From NCBI GenBank assembly GCA_902609685.1, contig CACLSR010000001.1, positions 49,505 through 113,504 on the forward strand: DNA of 64,000 nt, in the 5' to 3' direction. Origin of the DNA: an uncultured Pelagibacteraceae bacterium. Its GTDB lineage: Bacteria; Pseudomonadota; Alphaproteobacteria; Pelagibacterales; Pelagibacteraceae. Within the stretch, counting starts at the first letter, position 1, and the number at the start of each line of letters is the position of its first letter. Position numbers and translations under genes: made by a program. The notes beneath the pieces were generated by a model that ran no database searches, was not told the origin of the DNA, and saw only the letters and a program-made list of their open reading frames with translations. This document shows, piece after piece, positions 59,836 through 64,000 of the stretch.

Positions 59836-60888
59836 ATGTCAAAAATTGTTATTAAAAATCTCGAAAAATCTTTTGGCGAAAATAAAGTTATCAACAATTT
59901 TAACATAGACATAAAGGATGGGGAGTTCATAGTTTTAGTAGGTCCTTCAGGTTGTGGAAAATCAACTTTATTAAGAATGGTTTCGGGATTAGAAAGTATC
60001 GATAATGGAGAAATCTTTTTAGATACAAAGTTAATTAATAATTTAATTCCTTCTAAACGTGAAATTGCAATGGTCTTTCAATCTTACGCTTTGTATCCAC
60101 ACATGAATGTTTTTGAAAATATGTCATTTGGTTTAAAAATGGAAAAAATTTCAAAAAATGAAATTAATGAAAAAGTTAATCATGCAGCTGCAACACTTCA
60201 AATAGAGGATTTATTAGAGAGAAAACCTAAACAACTTTCAGGCGGACAAAGGCAAAGGGTTGCAATTGGTAGAGCAATCACAAGAAATCCAAAAGTATTT
60301 TTATTTGATGAACCATTGTCTAATCTGGATGCAGCTTTAAGATCTGAAATGAGAGTTGAAATTTCTAAATTACACAAAAAATTAAAAACAAATATTATTT
60401 ATGTAACACACGATCAAATAGAGGCGATGACATTAGCTGATAGAATTGTAGTGCTAAATAAAGGAATTATTGAACAATTTGGAACACCAAATGAAATTTA
60501 CACTGATCCCAATAACATTTTTGTTGCAGAATTTATTGGTTCCCCAAAAATGAATATTATCAAAATTGATAAAGAACAAATCATCAATTCAAACACTATA
60601 GAATTGTTTAAAAATAAAATAACATTTGAAAATTTGGATTTTAAAGATGAGATTTATCTAGGTATTAGACCTGAGGATATCAGTATAAAAAACGATCGTG
60701 AAATTAAGTTAGACGTTAAAGTAGATCTAATTGAAAATTTAGGCTTTGAAAAAATTATTTACGCTAAATTGTCAAATACCCAAGTTATAATTAAATCGTC
60801 AGAGGATATAATCAATCAGCCACTTAAAGTATCATTTTCTAAAGATAAGATTTTATTTTTTGACAAAAATAAAAATAGAATAAGATAG
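59836..60888 (+). CDS. ABC transporter ATP-binding protein (MalK/UgpC/GgtA-like)
   Basis: Walker [10 protein letters not shown], signature LSGGQRQR, Walker B FLFDEPLS, and a C-terminal regulatory domain. Confidence 0.93.
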   Translation: MSKIVIKNLEKSFGENKVINNFNIDIKDGEFIVLVGPSGCGKSTLLRMVSGLESIDNGEIFLDTKLINNLIPSKREIAMVFQSYALYPHMNVFENMSFGLKMEKISKNEINEKVNHAAATLQIEDLLERKPKQLSGGQRQRVAIGRAITRNPKVFLFDEPLSNLDAALRSEMRVEISKLHKKLKTNIIYVTHDQIEAMTLADRIVVLNKGIIEQFGTPNEIYTDPNNIFVAEFIGSPKMNIIKIDKEQIINSNTIELFKNKITFENLDFKDEIYLGIRPEDISIKNDREIKLDVKVDLIENLGFEKIIYAKLSNTQVIIKSSEDIINQPLKVSFSKDKILFFDKNKNRIR

Positions 60889-60894
60889 ATTTCT

Positions 60895-61695
60895 TTGAGT
60901 AAAAAATTTTCATTAATTATATTTACCGATTTAGATGGCTCATTGTTACATAGAGATAATTTCAAATTTGATGCGATAAAAGATTATATAAAAAATCTTA
61001 TTGATGAGGGGATTATTATTATTCCTAATACTAGTAAAACTGAAAAAGAGATAGAGGAATTTATAAAAGAGCTTGGCACAAATCTTCCTTTTATATCTGA
61101 AAATGGATCCTCAATTCATGGATTGAATTTAATTAATAGTAATTTTCCAAATAAAATAGTTCTAAGTAGAGATAAACAGGAATTAATCAAAGTTTTTGAT
61201 TCTAAAGTTCCTGAAAATCTTAAAGCTAAATGTAAATTTATTTCTAAAATGAATTCAAAAGAACAAACCAATATTTTTGGTCTTCAAGAAAATAATTTAA
61301 AAAACGCTTTAAATCGGAAATATACAATTCCTTTTTTATTTGAGGGTGATAAAAAAGAAAAAAATAGATTATTTAATGTATTAAGATCTTCTTCGTTAAC
61401 AATGCAAGAAGGAGGTCGTGTTTTAAACCTGGGTGATAATACAGATAAAGTTAAATCAATGAATCAAGTTCTCAAAATATACAAAAAAGTAGAAAGTAAA
61501 ACAAAGGTCATAGCTGTAGGAGATAATTTTAATGATTTAGATATGTTGAGAAATTGTGATATTCCATGTTTAGTCTTTAATGATCAATTTAAACAAGATC
61601 AAATAAACATAGATAATCTAATAGTTTCTAACAAGCCATCACCTGAGGGCTGGGCTGATGTGATTAAAACGGCACTAGTTAAACTAGACTATTAA
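60895..61695 (+). CDS. HAD-IIB phosphatase of the mannosyl-/glucosyl-3-phosphoglycerate phosphatase family
   Basis: 266 aa with FTDLDGSLL, ...IPNTSKT..., GDNFNDLDML and PEGW, like YedP/MPGP. The TTG start is forced: an in-frame TAG sits 2 codons upstream and no ATG precedes motif I. Confidence 0.8.
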   Translation: MSKKFSLIIFTDLDGSLLHRDNFKFDAIKDYIKNLIDEGIIIIPNTSKTEKEIEEFIKELGTNLPFISENGSSIHGLNLINSNFPNKIVLSRDKQELIKVFDSKVPENLKAKCKFISKMNSKEQTNIFGLQENNLKNALNRKYTIPFLFEGDKKEKNRLFNVLRSSSLTMQEGGRVLNLGDNTDKVKSMNQVLKIYKKVESKTKVIAVGDNFNDLDMLRNCDIPCLVFNDQFKQDQINIDNLIVSNKPSPEGWADVIKTALVKLDY

Positions 61696-61710
61696 GATTA
61701 AAAACCCGGC

Positions 61711-62931
61711 ATGAGTGATTTTTCTCAAAATGGAGTAGTCTCAACTTTGCACGACTTTAAAACAAAGTCTACAGCAGTCATTGAAAGTGAGCTATCAAAA
61801 TTTTCAGAACAAAGAAAAATGGAATTAATTTTACCATGTCTTTATTCTGAATTAGAGGGAACTGCTTTACCAAAAATAGTAGAGGAAATAAGTAAAACAA
61901 AATATTTAGATCACATAATTATCGGGTTAGACAAAGCAAATGAGGCACAAGCAAAAAAAGCTTGGAAATTTTTTAAGAAATTAAAATCACCCTTTTCAAT
62001 TCTGTGGAATGACGGTCCAGGTTTAAAAAAATTAGATCAAGAATTAAAAAAAAATAACCTTGCACCAAGTGAACTGGGTAAAGGTAGAAATGTTTGGTAT
62101 TGTATAGGTATGTGTATCGCAAGAGATAGTGCGCGCTCAGTTGCTTTACATGATTGTGATATTAAAACTTATGATAGAAGAATGCTTGCAAAGTTATTTT
62201 ATCCAGTAGTAAATCCTCTCTTCAACTTTGAATTTTGTAAAGGCTATTATCCAAGAGTGGCAAATGAAAAAATGAATGGCAGAGTTGCAAGATTATTAGT
62301 TTTTCCATTATTGACAGCTTTAGAAAAAACTATTGGAAAAAGTGATTATTTGGACTTTATGAAATCATTTAAATATCCTTTGGCGGGTGAGTTTTCATTT
62401 AGGCGAAATGTTTTACCTGAATTAAGAATTTCCTCAGACTGGGGAATAGAAGTTGGAATTTTATCTGAAATGCAAAGAAGTTTTTCTCCTCAAAATATCT
62501 GCCAAGTGGATTTAGCGGATACTTATGATCATAAACATCAAGTGTTATCAATTGATGATGAAACAAGAGGACTATCAAGAATGTCAATTGATATCATTAA
62601 AACATTTATCAAAAAGCTAGCAACTCAAGGTAATACTTTTAGTAGGGAAAAGTTTAGATCGTTAAAAGCTACTTATTATAGAGCAGCCTTAGACTTAATT
62701 GATATATATAGAAATGATGCAGTAATGAATGGTCTAAAATTTGATTCTCATACTGAGGAAAAAGCAGTCGAATTATTTGCAATAAACATAATGAAAGCTG
62801 GAGAGGCTTTTATTCTTAATCCAATGGATACCCCTTTTATACCCACATGGAGCAGAGTAAAAAGCGCTATACCGGATTTTCTTGGAAGACTTGAAAAAGT
62901 AGTTAATGATGATAATAAAAAATATTATTAA
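61711..62931 (+). CDS. GT-A glycosyltransferase, glucosyl-3-phosphoglycerate synthase-like
   Basis: 406 aa with N-terminal FSQNGVVSTLHDF and a DxD (LHDCDI). It lies between the MPGP-family phosphatase and the GH13_18-like phosphorylase. Confidence 0.6.
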   Translation: MSDFSQNGVVSTLHDFKTKSTAVIESELSKFSEQRKMELILPCLYSELEGTALPKIVEEISKTKYLDHIIIGLDKANEAQAKKAWKFFKKLKSPFSILWNDGPGLKKLDQELKKNNLAPSELGKGRNVWYCIGMCIARDSARSVALHDCDIKTYDRRMLAKLFYPVVNPLFNFEFCKGYYPRVANEKMNGRVARLLVFPLLTALEKTIGKSDYLDFMKSFKYPLAGEFSFRRNVLPELRISSDWGIEVGILSEMQRSFSPQNICQVDLADTYDHKHQVLSIDDETRGLSRMSIDIIKTFIKKLATQGNTFSREKFRSLKATYYRAALDLIDIYRNDAVMNGLKFDSHTEEKAVELFAINIMKAGEAFILNPMDTPFIPTWSRVKSAIPDFLGRLEKVVNDDNKKYY

Positions 62932-64000
62932 TGTTAACTCAAAAAGATCAGAAAACTATAAGATCTAAATTAGATAATATTTACAAAATATTCTTATCGA
63001 AAAAAGATATTGATTATTTCGAAAAAGAAATTGTTCAAATCATTAAACAATTTAACAAAAAAAATCCAAAAAAGAAAAAGAGTATCTCTGAAAAAACTAC
63101 TTTAGTTATTTGTTATGGTGACAGCATTTATTCAGAAAAAAATAAATCAATTAGAGTATTTAAAAACTTCTTTCAAAAAAAATTAAAAAATTATTTTAAT
63201 ACAATTCATTTTTTACCATTCTATCCCTCAAGCAGCGATAGTGGTTTTGCAGTAAAAGATCATTACAAAATAGATAGCAAACTTGGAAATTGGTTTGATA
63301 TAAAAAGTTTTTCAAAAAAAAGTGATATCATGGCAGATATGGTAATTAACCATTCATCAGCAAGAGGTTTATGGTTTAAAAATTTTTTAAAAGCGAAACG
63401 ACCCGGCAAAGATTATTTTTTAACTATAGATTCTAAATTTAATACTTCAAAAGTTGTTAGACCAAGAGATCATAAACTTTTAAAAAAAATAGATATCTTT
63501 AATAAAACTGACTATCTTTGGCGAACATTCAGCCCAGATCAATTAGACTTGAATTTTAAAAACCCTGCAGTGCTATTACGTTTTATAAAAATCATGATTA
63601 ACCTAATTAATCATGGAGTAACCATTTTTAGATTAGACGCAATAGCTTACCTATGGAAAGAAAGTGGAACAAAGTGTATTAATTTAAACAAAACACATGA
63701 AATCATAAAACTCCTAAGAGTAATTTCAGGCTTACTTAATACTCAAACATTAATAGTTACAGAAACAAACTTACCTGAAAAAGAAAATTTAAGTTACTTT
63801 GGAAAAAATGATGAAGCAAACTGGATATATAATTTTTCCTTACCACCTTTATTAATCCATGCTTTTTTATTTGAAAACAACTCGTATCTTTACAATTGGA
63901 GTAAAAAACTTCCAAGAAGTAAAAATGGAAATTGTTATTTAAATTTCATCGCATCCCATGATGGAATTGGAATGAGACCCACTGAGGGTTTATTAAGTAG
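62931..64000 (+). CDS. GH13_18 sucrose-phosphorylase-family enzyme (glucosylglycerate phosphorylase-like), 3'-truncated by the window end
   Basis: Not in the ORF track because there is no stop in the window. My translation has ICYGDSI, HFLPFYPSSSDSGFAVKDHY, DMVINHSS, FRLDAIAYLWKESGT, TETNLPEKENLSYFG, NFSLPPLL and ASHDGIGMRP. The start overlaps the upstream stop (TAATG). Confidence 0.8.
   Translation, partial: MLTQKDQKTIRSKLDNIYKIFLSKKDIDYFEKEIVQIIKQFNKKNPKKKKSISEKTTLVICYGDSIYSEKNKSIRVFKNFFQKKLKNYFNTIHFLPFYPSSSDSGFAVKDHYKIDSKLGNWFDIKSFSKKSDIMADMVINHSSARGLWFKNFLKAKRPGKDYFLTIDSKFNTSKVVRPRDHKLLKKIDIFNKTDYLWRTFSPDQLDLNFKNPAVLLRFIKIMINLINHGVTIFRLDAIAYLWKESGTKCINLNKTHEIIKLLRVISGLLNTQTLIVTETNLPEKENLSYFGKNDEANWIYNFSLPPLLIHAFLFENNSYLYNWSKKLPRSKNGNCYLNFIASHDGIGMRPTEGLLS

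Noticed and set aside
60886-60897. In-frame TAG between the ABC ATPase and the phosphatase, considered as a read-through fusion
   Set aside because: Same-frame adjacency has a one-in-three chance expectation, and I saw no recoding signal. It is noted only as an oddity within the compatible-solute finding.

Overview
The window is AT-rich and extremely compact, with many 1-8 nt gene overlaps and very few intergenic gaps. It looks like an alphaproteobacterial chromosome segment, most consistent with a streamlined Pelagibacterales (SAR11)-type genome. That assignment is an inference from composition, gene order and Lys/Ile/Asn-rich proteins. Layout: (i) 1-14.4 kb holds housekeeping genes: gatC-gatA-gatB, ruvX, pyrB plus a degenerate pyrC-like gene, plsY, topA, ugd-galU, panC, mgtE, lipB and an rlu-type gene. 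(ii) 14.45-43.1 kb is one uninterrupted minus-strand block: tRNA-Tyr, tRNA-Gly, tuf, tRNA-Trp, secE, nusG, rplKAJL, rpoBC, rpsL-rpsG-fusA, then the S10/spc/alpha ribosomal genes with secY, adk and rpoA. (iii) 44.0-45.4 kb is a 1.3-kb two-gene insert bracketed by a perfect 63-bp duplication of the 3' half of tRNA-Thr(UGU). It looks like an attL/attR scar without an integrase. It carries an SRA-like/HNH nuclease (a candidate modification-dependent restriction enzyme) and a small unknown protein. (iv) 45.5-55.9 kb holds cell-envelope and glycosylation accessory genes: a GT4-type glycosyltransferase, a double-SDR CapD-like fusion, a GT9-like protein, a GT-C glycosyltransferase, a serine hydrolase, and an autotransporter with a repeat-built passenger. 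This stretch is interrupted by core nadK plus tRNA-Leu. (v) 55.9-64 kb holds a sugar-type ABC importer divergent from an operon of the ABC ATPase, an MPGP-family phosphatase, a GpgS-like synthase and a GH13_18-type phosphorylase; this looks like a glucosylglycerate-type compatible-solute module. I recognised no rRNA, CRISPR array, transposase or integrase. All calls come from reading the ORF translations and the DNA by eye. No database or HMM search was run, and the tRNA, repeat and hairpin coordinates were derived by hand.
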